From: Octopus vulgaris
Taxonomy: Eukaryota
Reading direction: 5' to 3'
DNA: 64,000 nucleotides
NCBI GenBank assembly: GCA_951406725.2
Contig: OX597834.1
Coordinates: 12,586,001-12,650,000 of the forward strand
Shown: positions 13,168 through 25,699 of the stretch, one piece after another
Layout of the letters: every line of letters starts with the position of its first letter
How positions within the stretch are numbered: the first letter of the stretch is position 1
Made by a program: the position numbers and the translations under genes
The notes under the pieces: generated by a model
What the model was told of the DNA's origin: nothing
Database searches by the model: none
What the model saw: the letters and a program-made list of their open reading frames with translations, nothing else

Positions 13168-13961
13168 TATATTTTTATTTTACATTTAAATCAAATTTTA
13201 TTTATTAGTTAAATCGTTCAATTAGAAATTAATTTCACGTAGATGACAATGTGGGAAAAAATATCAGTTTTATAACAGCATAGTTGACGCTACATGGAAA
13301 AGGTCAGGGAACAGAAGAAAGAGGGAGAAAGAAGACATGCCCCCCCCACACCAGTACTGAAGACACCTCCGAAAGTGGGGGCCCCCGCCAAGTCAAAACG
13401 GTAGAGGAGTAGGGGCCGAAACCGGACGTGGTTCCTCCTGACGATATCTTTAGCTACCTGGATCCTATAAAGGAGCTGTTGTGGTAGCAGACCACGGAAC
13501 ACGGTTGAAATTCCTCCGCTTCAAATGGCATTGCGCAATTCGTGACTAATGCCTGATTTGCAATATCATCAGCTAAATCTAAGGATCATCCAGCATTTAA
13601 AACCGAATCATTTGTAGCACCTATACAACTAATGATACTGCTAAGATCTTGAAACGAAAGTACACGTACCACAAATACACATCAGAGAAAATTTACGCTC
13701 TACCCTTATACTATCAGCTAATTTTTATTCAGAAATTCTAACACTCGAGACTCTTTGCCAATATTGTATGCTTGACTGTCAATGTGGACAAGGATAAGTG
13801 AGAACGTTAGAGCAGAATGAAAATCATGGCTACTAATGAATGGTTTGACGAGAATTTAACTGTCTCTATTTTATTTATTAGAAATTAATTTTTATAGTGA
13901 AAAAGCTTTAATTATTTAAAGGTACAAAAATACCCTATTGAGCTTTTGTTATTATATAGAT

Positions 13962-14021
<60 letters not shown>

Positions 14022-14727
14022 CTTTGGTTCGGGTGATCAAGGAATAACATTAATTTAAAGTATTGTTTTAACTTCCTTAATTTTGAATTTGTTTGAATAA
14101 GTTTTTTGCTTAGAAGATAAGTTACCTTGGGGATAAATGCGTCAATTTCAGTGGAAAACACTAGAATAGAAAACTGCTTCTGTAAGCAAGAAAAAATATT
14201 CCTCGATGGTCAGACACCATTAATTTTTTGAAATTTGCATAAATTTTTAAAAAATTATCCGATAGAATATGTGATTCATATTTAAGTAAGTTTCAGAATT
14301 TCGTGGTTCTTATCCTGAAAAAATATCTAAACTGAGAGCCGCAGCTTATATTTCGTATTGGGGCTGACAGTTCGCACTTCTCAAAATCTACGTAAGCTAC
14401 GGATTTCCCAGTATTTCTTTTGACAATCAATGGATGGATGTACAGGGCGATTCTGAAATATTTGACAGCGTAGTTAGTTTCATTGTAATACGTATGGCAT
14501 GTCTGTGTCATGCTTTCCAGTCGAGTATATGAAAGTTATTAACCAATAGCTGGATGGTAAATAGAAGGAAAAAGATACCGAATGCTCTGCTACTTCGTTC
14601 TGTATTGTGTCATGAAGTTCTGTATTATGTCAGTCTTCTTGCGCAGTTTGGTAAAGATTCTTTAAGAAACTTCGATGACCATTCAATATAAGTATACATA
14701 CATTCACACACACACACACACACACAT

Positions 14728-14758
<31 letters not shown>

Positions 14759-14974
14759 GAGAGAGAGAGGGGGCAATAAGAAAATGGAGGAGATCAATAG
14801 GTGGTTCATCAAATTTTAGACATTATATAATATTATGTCAACTTAACTTATTTATATATTTCCTAAAATGACAATTACAAGATTATACATACATGTATAC
14901 GTAACATATTATGCTTTACATAAAAATATATATTAATATATAAAGATACCAGTAGTTATTATATATATATATAT

Positions 14975-15177
14975 AGTTAATCCAAACATGAAAACACAAC
15001 AACGCGAGGACGTGGAACAAGTATAGTATTATTGGATGCTCAGGAAAGAAGGAAAGAAGGAGGGTTTAACATTTCGAGCGGAGCTCTTCGTCAGAAACAT
15101 AGGAAAAGGAAAGATCCAAAGAAGGGAAGACGGAGGGAAAAAAATCGCCAACAGTACACACGCGGTTACATTTTGAA
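14975..15177 (-). mobile_element. Short hammerhead-bearing element HH-A (Penelope-like terminal fragment)
   Basis: Flanked by (TA)n; second copy at 36618-36801; contains the hammerhead motif at 15064-15098. Confidence 0.7.
15064..15098 (-). ncRNA. Minimal type I hammerhead ribozyme motif
   Basis: Minus strand GTTT-CTGACGA-A-GAGC-TCC-GCTC-GAAA-TGT-T-AAAC: stem I GTTT/AAAC, intact CUGANGA, stem II GAGC/GCTC, GAAA, minimal stem III, GUU triplet. Activity untested. Confidence 0.7.
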
Positions 15178-15197
15178 TATATATATATATATATATT

Positions 15198-15460
15198 GAT
15201 AAAAACGGTAAGAGAACAATAGAAAGAAGAAAGAGACCTCGATATTATGTAAATAGAGGAATTTATCTGTAAATGTAATATGTGACAATTATTCGGTAGC
15301 CAAGATAAAACTCCGAGTTTCGGATGCCGAGGTGGAAATCCACGCCACCAGTTATGGCCGGATAACTTAAAAGATGGTGGCGTGGATTTCCACCTCGGCA
15401 TCCGAAACTCCAAGTGGAGTTTTATCTTGACTACCAAATAATTGTCGCATATTACATTTA
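15198..15460. mobile_element. Element HH-C with about 80-bp inverted arms and a degenerate hammerhead
   Basis: 15270-15349 is the reverse complement of 15376-15460. Plus strand 15361-15426 reads GATAA-CTTAAAA-GATG...CATC-C-GAAA-CTCCA-AG-TGGAG-T-T-TTATC (stems I-III present, core mutated). Confidence 0.55.
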
Positions 15461-15461
15461 A

Positions 15462-15513
<52 letters not shown>

Positions 15514-15599
15514 AATAATAAGGGATAAAACTTTTTTGAAAAAAAATGTTATCAATGGCCAGCATATTAAAAAATACCATTAAAGGTTAAATTTATAAA

Positions 15600-15630
15600 C
15601 AACTTATAAATAAATAAGTTGTGTGTATAT

Positions 15631-15664
<34 letters not shown>

Positions 15665-15743
15665 AATATATATATATAACTTATAAATAAATATGTTGTA
15701 TATATATATATATATATATATATATACTTATAAATAAATATGT

Positions 15744-15776
<33 letters not shown>

Positions 15777-16202
15777 CTTATAAATAAATATGTTGTATAT
15801 TCTCTCTCTGTGTATCTTTCTGTTGAAGAGCGTAGGCTCGAAACGTTAAAGACTTGTTTTATTTATATTTCCTGAGCGCCATACTAATACAATTGTTCGT
15901 TTGTTTTCCACCTGCCTTCGTCTTTTGTTTATTTTCATAAAGCCTCCCGTTATATATATATATATATATATATATATAACTTATAAATAAATATGTTGTA
16001 TATATATATATATATATAACTTATAAATAAATATGTTGTATATATATATATATATATATATATAACTTATAAATAAATATGTTGTATATATATAACTTAT
16101 AAATAAATATGTTGTATATATATATATATATATATATATAACTTATAAATAAATATGTTGTATATATATATATATATATATATAACTTATAAATAAATAT
16201 GT

Positions 16203-16237
<35 letters not shown>

Positions 16238-16254
16238 CTTATAAATAAATATGT

Positions 16255-16292
<38 letters not shown>
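15600..16292. repeat. Minisatellite TAACTTATAAATAAATATGTTG + variable (TA)n, about 11 units
   Basis: Directly visible; interrupted by HH-B at 15800-15951. Confidence 0.92.
15800..15951 (+). mobile_element. Short hammerhead-bearing element HH-B
   Basis: 15815-15852: TCTTT-CTGTTGA-A-GAGC-GTAG-GCTC-GAAA-CGT-T-AAAGA; copies at 18860, 31731 and 50975. Confidence 0.7.
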
Positions 16293-16298
<6 letters not shown>

Positions 16299-16742
16299 CA
16301 CACACGGACATACACATATATATGTATGTAATATAAAGTTCTCTGAATGGATTTGAAAAACATATTTGCCAGACATTTACGTTTCTACCATTACGTAAGA
16401 CGGTGTATTCTTGCAATGTATAGCTTCTCAGGCTGACAAATTTTCATAAGAGTGATCTATATTCAGCGTGAAGTAAAATATATATCAGAATTATGCAGCC
16501 AAAAATCAAGTGATGCTTCCAGAAATGAACAGAGGAATGATTACGGAAAAATGTCTTTTACATACCGTTGAGCTGTTTTGAATATACGCCACCTACCAAT
16601 GTGACTGTTTATTTGTATTGAAGAATCCAAGTTGACATTCGTATTCTTGTGGTTCTGATTCATAGCACGAAAAGTCTGAAAGAAGAATTAGTGATATCAG
16701 CAAGATATATTGAATCTGTTTAATATTTGAAAATATTTACTA

Positions 16743-17140
16743 CTGGCAGTATCGCCCGGCGTTGCTCGGGTTTGTAAGGGAAATAACTATATAAGCATTT
16801 TTAGAGAGTTATAGCCAAAAAATAACAAAAAAATGCATTAAAAATGGAAAGAAAATGATGGTAAATTTTTTTTTAAATCATTGACTCACCGTAGACATTT
16901 TTAGAGAGTTACATCCCTTATATAATAGCGAAAAAAATTCATTAAAATGGAAAAAAATGATGGTAATTTTTTTTTAAATCGTAGACCCATCGTAGACGCG
17001 CGCTAATACCCAGAAGGGCTCGATATGAATCACGGCTATAGGATACCCGGTTTTGGTTAAACTGCACCGCAAAATATGGGAGTAGTTAGGAATTTAAACC
17101 GTAGCAGACAGACACACAACTTCACTTTTATATATAAAGA
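16743..17140 (-). mobile_element. Non-autonomous Helitron (family D)
   Basis: Minus-strand 5' TCTTTATATATAAAAG, 3' CCCGAGCAACGCCGGG hairpin then CCAG (mutated CTAG); A|T target; matches 30805-31202. Confidence 0.88.
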
Positions 17141-17156
17141 TTATGAAAAATATATA

Positions 17157-17319
17157 GGTGCAGGAGTGGCTGTGTGGTAAGTAGCTTGCTTACCAACCAC
17201 ATGATTCTGGTTTCAGTCCCACTGCGTGGGACCTTGGGCAATTGTCTTCTACCATAACCTCGGGCCGACCAAAGCCTTGTGAGTGGATCTGGTAGACGGA
17301 AACTGAAAGAAAGCCCGTC

Positions 17320-17397
<78 letters not shown>

Positions 17398-17413
17398 AGT
17401 GCGTGCTTGTACT

Positions 17414-17449
<36 letters not shown>

Positions 17450-17650
17450 CGTTTGTGTTTGTCCCGCCAACATCGCTTGACAACCGATGTTGGTGTGTTA
17501 CGTCCCTGTAACTTAGCGGTTCGGCAAAAGAGACCGATAGAATAAGTACTAGGCTTACAATGAATAAGTCCTGGGGGCGATTTGTTCGACTAAAAGCGGT
17601 GCTCCAGCATGGCCACAGTCAAATGACTGAAAGAAGTAAAAGAGATAAAA
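17157..17650 (+). mobile_element. SINE A, full length
   Basis: Family A consensus with expanded (TA)n(TG)n. Confidence 0.92.
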
Positions 17651-17825
17651 GAAAAAAAAGAGTCTGTTCGGAAATGTTGCCGTTACTTCAGCAAACAGCA
17701 TGTCGAGCGTAACGAAACGTAATCGAAATCGCCAACCTGAAGTTTGTACAGATTTTGTATTATGTAGTTGCTGATTTTGCAATATATAGATTCAAGGGTT
17801 AATTCTATTTCATAATCTGAATCGA

Positions 17826-18069
17826 CAGTCCTTCGGTTTGACTCGATAAAACGATAAAAAGACCTCGCTTGTTTCCGTGAAAACTCGACAATTCAGTTCG
17901 GATATCTTGGTTACCTCCGTGACAGCTACTGGGACAGCTATTAAATGTGTGTGTTTGTGTTTGTGTGTGTGTGTGTGTATGTGTGTCTGCTTGTTCTTGT
18001 CTAGGTTTATGTGTGTGTACGTGCGTGCTTGTTCTTGTCTCTGTGTGTGTGCGCGTGATTATTCTTGTT

Positions 18070-18111
<42 letters not shown>

Positions 18112-18264
18112 CTTGTTCTTGTCTGTGTGTTTCTGTGCGTGCTTTCCTCCTCCCATTTTAGCATCTGTCACGGAGGTTACGAAGATATACGAAGTGAATT
18201 CTCAAGTTGTCACGGAAACAAACGAGGTCTAGTTATAGTTTTCTTGAGTCAAACCGAAGGATTG
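17826..18264. repeat. Gapless 100-bp inverted repeat around a (TG)-rich spacer
   Basis: 17826-17925 versus the reverse complement of 18165-18264: 14 mismatches in 100 nt by manual alignment, no indels. Confidence 0.92.
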
Positions 18265-18859
18265 CCTCTGAATTTATTCTATATGCAGCTCCAATGCAAA
18301 ACATTCAACTTGTACATTCTTCACGCTAGAGATTTCGTTTCACAAATTATATAAGTGCACGCCGTTGTGGCTGCATGGAGAAACTGCAAATACGGCATAA
18401 TATGCTATCTGTTGCTGTTCTAGGGCCATTTCCTTTCGCCCAGTTCGGAAAATATTGTGGTTTTGTAAAACTAGGCATCGTTGAACAGGTTTTACCGCCC
18501 CCAAAAAGCAGTAGCTTCTGTGGGGGTAAATAACACACGTAGTCTTCTCAACTACAGAAAGAAGAATGCTAATTCGAAGGCTACATATACAACGCATAAC
18601 TGTACCAAAAAATTTGTAAAACTTCCTAGAAGTTTATCATTTAAGTATATATGAGCATGTCTAGATATGCAAATATACGCATGAGAATGCATACATAAAG
18701 CTAAATATACAAACCTTCACGTATACATACATACATACATACATACGTACATACATACATACTCGGTTGATGTTGAAGGAGCCTTGGGTCTAGCTTAGAA
18801 AACTGCTCTTTCTCTATTGGCAATAATTCTCGCATACCTCTGTGTGTGTGTGTGTGTAG

Positions 18860-19046
18860 ACCGTTAGCTCCTACACGCATTTTTTCTCTCCTTGTTTCTT
18901 TCCTGTGTATCTTTCTGTCGAAGAGCGTAGGCTCGAAACGTAAAAGACTTGTTCTATTTCTATTCCTCAGCGCCATACTAATACATTTGTTTGTTTTTTA
19001 CTCAACTTGCCTTCGTCTCTTGTTTATTTCCGTAAACCTTCCAGTT
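18860..19046 (+). mobile_element. Hammerhead-bearing element HH-B
   Basis: 18910-18947: TCTTT-CTGTCGA-A-GAGC-GTAG-GCTC-GAAA-CGT-A-AAAGA; lies between (TG)n and (TA)n. Confidence 0.72.
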
Positions 19047-19047
19047 G

Positions 19048-19080
<33 letters not shown>

Positions 19081-19198
19081 ACAAGAAATAATGTACATTA
19101 TCGCAACAAATAAGAACAATTCGATGCAACTCTATAAAAAAGACAAATTGAGAGTAATGTGATACTTTAGATAAACACAAGCACATACACGAACAGAG

Positions 19199-19229
<31 letters not shown>

Positions 19230-19389
19230 AACACACACACAGTAACAAAATTTATTGTCACAGAGACGCACACACACCCGGTCATTCAGCTATATTATTT
19301 GTTTATACAAATATGCATGTTCAGCAATAAATATATGTGCGCATGGATGCGCGCTCGTGTATGGGTGTCTGCATTTGTATATATATACA

Positions 19390-19421
<32 letters not shown>

Positions 19422-19570
19422 CATAAATATATATAAAAGATTATATATTATATATATATATATACATATATATATACACATATATATATACACATATACA
19501 CACACACATATATATACACATATACACACACATATATATATACATATATATACACACATATATATACACG

Positions 19571-19609
<39 letters not shown>

Positions 19610-20018
19610 TGATATGCATGTACATGTGTGTGTAATTAATACATAAGCAGTATACAGCATTTATTCATTGATATTCGCAGGGACACACTAAGAAATCCTG
19701 GAGCGATCGGAACGTTAAAAGAATATTCGTCACTAACATTAAGTATACACTGTCAGGTAGATATTACACAACAACAGCTGGAAGAAATATGGCAGTGAAA
19801 GCAGTGTCTTCCAAATCTAATTTATTATACGTTTCTTTATTGCTGACACACAATTATTTTCTGGGTTTGATTTAGATTATTACATCATGTCTTCGCAGGA
19901 AGTTATTAAGAGCAGATATAGAGACTTGAACCGAGAGAACGACAGATAAAATGCACGTAGAACACAATCATAAACTCTCACAGATATACACATTTATTCA
20001 TGAGATTACGAGCTTATA

Positions 20019-20061
<43 letters not shown>

Positions 20062-21133
20062 GATATACGCCCACATTCTCTTTACTATGGTTGTTTTGCA
20101 GGCTCCTCTCCTCTTTTTAATGATGCGTTTAAGGTCACATACATAATGTTGAACGTGAATATATAAATTCCTTTTTTGCATATGGGTGTATGCAGATAAC
20201 TACAATAAACATTAATATACATGTATATTTATGTCTAATACACACACACACATATATATATATATATAAACACACTCACATACATATATACACACCTATA
20301 TATAAGCATGTTTCATATATATGTTTATATATGTATGTATATATATATATATGCATATAATTACATATAGACATAAAAACGCATACATTTATATCTGCAC
20401 CATAATATGTGCACGGAAAATTATGCATGCATCAATGTAACTTCATATCTTTATGCACTGTCTATATGCCATAACATTGTATCTTCCATTAAAAAAAATA
20501 ATAAGGCTGCCATTTCCACCTCGCATGTCCCCACATCTGCTTTCTTCTCTTCTCTCGCTGACTCGCATACCTCCAAAGGTACTGTATCTCCCTGTTTAGT
20601 ATCTAATTCTCCTTGATTCTATATTCTATAGCAGCAGATATGCATTTTTATCACCGGTTGCTTTGCTTATTTACGCATACTCTCCTTTCAATAGTTTATA
20701 CTAAATCCACATCGACCCTACGCTTCACGTTTTTAAGTTTATAATATATCAATAGAAAAAATAATGAAAATTAAAACAAATACATAGAAATATTCTATAT
20801 CTACGGACACAGTACAATTTTATTCGCACAAATTTCATATCATTTGCACTGTAAAATCAAGCTTAGGAATGAAAACTACGTCGCTAATTATCTCCATATG
20901 AGCTTCTGCATGAAGATATAAGAGAAAAAATCTTTTCATTTTATTCTCTCCGATCACATGTGTTCACTTCTGTGTTTGTGTGTCTCCGGTCTAAATAATG
21001 CCGAAAGTAGCTATCTTTTGAATTACAGAAACAAGTGACAGTGTGGTTATCAATGAATACGGCTGTATAATTTTAAATAAAGATTATACGGAGAGTTATA
21101 TTTGCGTGTTTGCACATCTATCTATCTATCAAT

Positions 21134-21198
<65 letters not shown>

Positions 21199-22051
21199 GC
21201 TATTCGTCTCTCAGCATGTCTGTCTCTGTCTCTCTCCCTCTCTCTGACTGTGTGTATCTATATGCATGTGTGTATGTATGGCTGCGTGTATGCATGGCTG
21301 TGTATGTATGGCTGTGTGTATGTATGGCTGTGTATGGTTGGCCACTCCTCACACAGCAAAAATACCTATCATAATATATCTATTCTTAATAAGAGTCAAA
21401 CACCATCTTCGCTGGTGGCTGTACCGTTGTAATAGTAGATATACAGGAGTGATTGTTACAAATACAAAACATTGTTATCATTTTCTTATAATAGTTATAA
21501 TCAGTGTTGCTTTTTTAACATCGATTTCTCATTCAAGAGAAATATATTATTCCTTATGATTTCCAATGAATATATCTCCAGATCGACAAGTAAGCATACA
21601 TAAATGCATATATATGATTTTGCGTGTTTGTATTTATGTTTAAGTATCTCCCGCTAAGTTTCTAACTCTCTGTGTCCTGTAAGTTGTCTGTGTAAGTTTC
21701 AGTGCGTGTATATATGTCTGATTGCATCCTCTGCTTTACAGAAAAATTTCACATCAACAAAAGTTTTGTTGAAGGCATTGATAAGAAACACAAACTATTG
21801 CCGACTTGACGTAGTAACCATTTGTTGCTTCCAAATTGCAAAGAAGATTATGACAAATGATAACTGATGTCTCATAGTGCTTCCAACGCATTGAAAATGA
21901 ATCGTCCAATTATTTCCAATAATCTGATATGTATCGTCTACCAAACTCAACTCCCGTACGCCCGTCTAATCACTGTTCAAAAAACTAAACCGACACAAAC
22001 TCACACTTTACTTTGATACTTGTAAGTATCTACGCTTGCAGATCTGTGTTT

Positions 22052-22082
<31 letters not shown>

Positions 22083-22671
22083 TATACATAAAAAAAGCAT
22101 TGATATAAATGCAAATATATAAAAATATATAAATATATATATATACACACACACATACATACACAGCGAAAAGGAGCGGCTCAAATAAATATGCTTGCCA
22201 ACTTACAAATTTAGAAACTTTGGAATTTCGCTTTTTACACGTACTATGTGATCTTTGGAAATTCACTCGAACGATACAACTTTTGAAATGTATTATTTTA
22301 AAGATACAACAAAATTTTTTATTGCTTTCAGGCAAACGGATTCGATCAAGTTGGACATATTTAAAAAAAAAAAATAGGAACATTCTCTGTACTTCTCATT
22401 AAAACTTTTGTAGATTACTTATTTTCTAACAGAATACTAGATAACATATAAGAAAAGCTTGTACTAAGCGTACATACAAAGATTACTGCGTTATCTTAAA
22501 GTCGATGAAAAACAATAGATTAGTTAAATTTACGATAAACACATTACATCAAAGACAAGTATTTGAAAACGGACGTTTGCTCATAACTGTTAGATTATGC
22601 CTTTATCATTATTTTATCAATATAAACGTTAGCACGCTGGGCGAATGTATAGCGGTATTTCACTGCCATTA

Positions 22672-23070
22672 GGGCGGCGAGCTGGCAGAATCGTTAGCAC
22701 GCCGGGCGAAATGCTTTGCGATATTTCGTCTGCCGCTACGTTCTGAGTTCAAATTCCGCCGAGGTCGACTTTGCCTTTCATCCTTTCGGGGTCGATAAAT
22801 TAAGTACCAGTTACGCATTGGGGTCGACGTAATCGACTAAATACCTATATCTGTCCTTGTTTGTCTGCTCTAAGTTTAGCCCCTTGTGGGTAATAAAGAA
22901 ATAGGTATTTCGTCTGTCTTTATACGTTCTAAGTTGAAATTTCGCCGAAATCGACTTTGCCTTTCATCCTTTCGGGGTCGATAAATAAAGTACTAGTTGC
23001 GTACTGGGGCCGATCTAATCGTCTCGCCCCTGCCCCAAAGTTTCGGGCAGTTTGCCTAGAATAGAGAAGA
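22672..23070 (+). mobile_element. SINE B, head plus two internal units
   Basis: GGCGGCGAGCTGGCAGAATCGTTAG head, GAGTTCAAATTCC B box, GACTTTGCCTTTCATCCTTTCGGGGTCGATAAA central block repeated. Confidence 0.88.
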
Positions 23071-23091
23071 TTATTTTATTAATATGTTTTT

Positions 23092-23307
23092 CTTATTACC
23101 CACAAGGGGCTAAACATAGAGGGGACAAACAAACGAATTAAGTCGATTACAACGACCCCAGTGTGTAACTGGTACTTAATTTATCGACCCCGAAAGGATG
23201 AAAGGCAAAGTCGACCTCGGCGGAATTTGAACTCAGAACGCAGCGGCGGACGAAATACCGCAAAGCATTTCGCCCGGCGTGCTAACGATTCTGCCAGCTC
23301 GCCGCCT
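23092..23307 (-). mobile_element. SINE B, inverted relative to its neighbour
   Basis: Reverse complement of about 22672-22900. Confidence 0.88.
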
Positions 23308-23678
23308 TTTTGGCAGCGAAATACCGCTATACATTATATATATATTATTTTATTAATATGCCCATGTGTGTTCGTGCGCTCGTGTTTATGTGTGTTTGAG
23401 TGTGTGCGTGCGTGTATTCGTGTGTGTGTTTGCATGTGTGTACATCTCTCAGAAAATCTGTTGTTTATATATAATTATATTCTTTGCATCAATTACTTTA
23501 ATATGTGTCGAAAAATGCATAAGTGTAAACCAAGTTTATTCCTGCTACTTTCTTCACCGTATATTTTACCAATTGGTCAGTGTACTGGCTATCATCCCGA
23601 AATGAAAATTCTCTTACGCTTGGTAGGTCCAACGAAAACCATTTTTAAAAAATCTGTAACGCTTTAAATGTCAACCAG

Positions 23679-23960
<282 letters not shown>

Positions 23961-24280
23961 TTTGCCTGTGTTCAGCCCGAGGTCGATTCATTCGTTTAAA
24001 ATGACCCAGCATGTGTGCTGTCTAATGACGAAAGAAGTAGAAGAATCTTAATAAGAAATATAAATTATTATCCTGAACATTATTATTACTACTACTACTA
24101 CTACTACTATTATTATTATTATTATTATCATTATTATTATTGTTAATACTAGTAAAACTAGAAGTAACAATCAATACTAGCATTACCTTAATTATTAATA
24201 TACTTTTTCTTGTTTCAGTCATTACACTGCCACCATGCTGGGTTATCAAGAATTATAAACGAATGAATCATAATGAATAT

Positions 24281-24692
24281 AGGCGCTGGAGTGGCTGTGT
24301 GGTAAGTAGCTTGTCTACCAACCGCATGGTTCCGGGTTCAGTCCCACTGCGTGGCACCTTGGGTAAGTGTCTTCTACTATAGCCTCGGGCCGACCAAAGC
24401 CTTGTGAGTGGATTTGGTAGACGGAAACTGAAAGAAGCCCGTCGTATATATGTATATATATATATATATATGTGTATGCGGGTGTGTGTTTGTGTGTCTG
24501 TGTTTGTCCCTGAGCATTGCTTGACAACCGATGCTGGTGTGTTTATGTCCCCGTCACTTAGCGATTCGGCAAAAGAGACCGATAGAATAAGTACTGGGCT
24601 TACAAAAGAATAAGTCCCGGGGTCGAGTTGCTCGATTAAAGGCGGTGCTCCAGCATGGCCGCAGTCAAATGACTGAAACAAGTAAAAGAGTA
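24281..24692 (+). mobile_element. SINE A, full length
   Basis: Family A consensus. Confidence 0.92.
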
Positions 24693-25054
24693 TCCTCAGT
24701 CTCAACGGAAACACACTTATCTATATATTTATATATATATATAGCCACACACAAAAACACACGTAAACAAACACACATACATACATACATATAAAGCATA
24801 ACTATTTAGAAACTCTGAGAGATATGTTTATTTAACCACGTGATCTCCTTAGGGTCACGGTTGCTTCACCAATTTCGTGTAGTGGAATTAATTATGTTTA
24901 TTTCGATATTACCAGTTTCCAATGCAACAAGGTACATCTATTATTGTGATTATCTTGCTTGCAGAATAACTCTGTCCAGTTATACTTGTAATGTGAAATC
25001 TGTTATACAGACATTATACTTGTACTTTCATCAGGCAATATTTTCTTTAAATAA

Positions 25055-25440
25055 AGCGGCGGGCTGGTAGAATCGTTAGCATGCCGGGCAAAATGCGTAG
25101 CCGTATTTCGTCTGCCGCTACGGTCTGAGTTCAAATTCCGATGAGGTCGACTTTGCCTTTCATCCTTTCGGGGTCGATAAACTAAGTACTAATTACGCAC
25201 TGGGGTCGATCTAATCGGCTTAATCCTTTTGTCTGTCCTTGTTTGTCCCCTCTATGTTTAGACCATTGTGGGCAATAAAGAAATAAGAATCGTTAGCATG
25301 CCGGGCAAAATGCTTGACCGCATTTTTTCCCTCATTACTGATTGATTTATAATAACACCGGCATCGAATATGCATTTTGTCCTTTCTAGGTCTATAAAAT
25401 ACGTACCAGTTAATCACTGGAGTCGATGAAATCGACTAAT
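25055..25440 (+). mobile_element. SINE B dimer-like copy
   Basis: Head plus unit, then the head restarts at AGAATCGTTAGCATGCCGGGC (about 25286) with a degenerate second unit. Confidence 0.78.
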
Positions 25441-25450
25441 CCCCTGAGGG

Positions 25451-25690
25451 TGGAAGCACATGGCTTAGTGGTTAGAGCAGCGGACTCGCGGTGGAGAGAT
25501 AGCGGGTTCAATTCTCAGATCGGACGATGTGTGTGTTTATGAACGAAAAACCTAAGCTCCACGTAGCTCCGACAGAAAATAATGGCGAACTTCTTTCTGC
25601 TGACTCTTTCGCCACAACTTTCTCTCAATCTTTTCCTGCTACATCTTGCAGCTCACCTGCGACGGACCGACGTCTCGTCTAGGTGGGGAG
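25451..25690 (+). mobile_element. SINE C2, 3' truncated
   Basis: Matches the reverse complement of 12143-12453 up to CTAGGTGGGG. Confidence 0.8.
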
Positions 25691-25699
25691 CCAATACCG

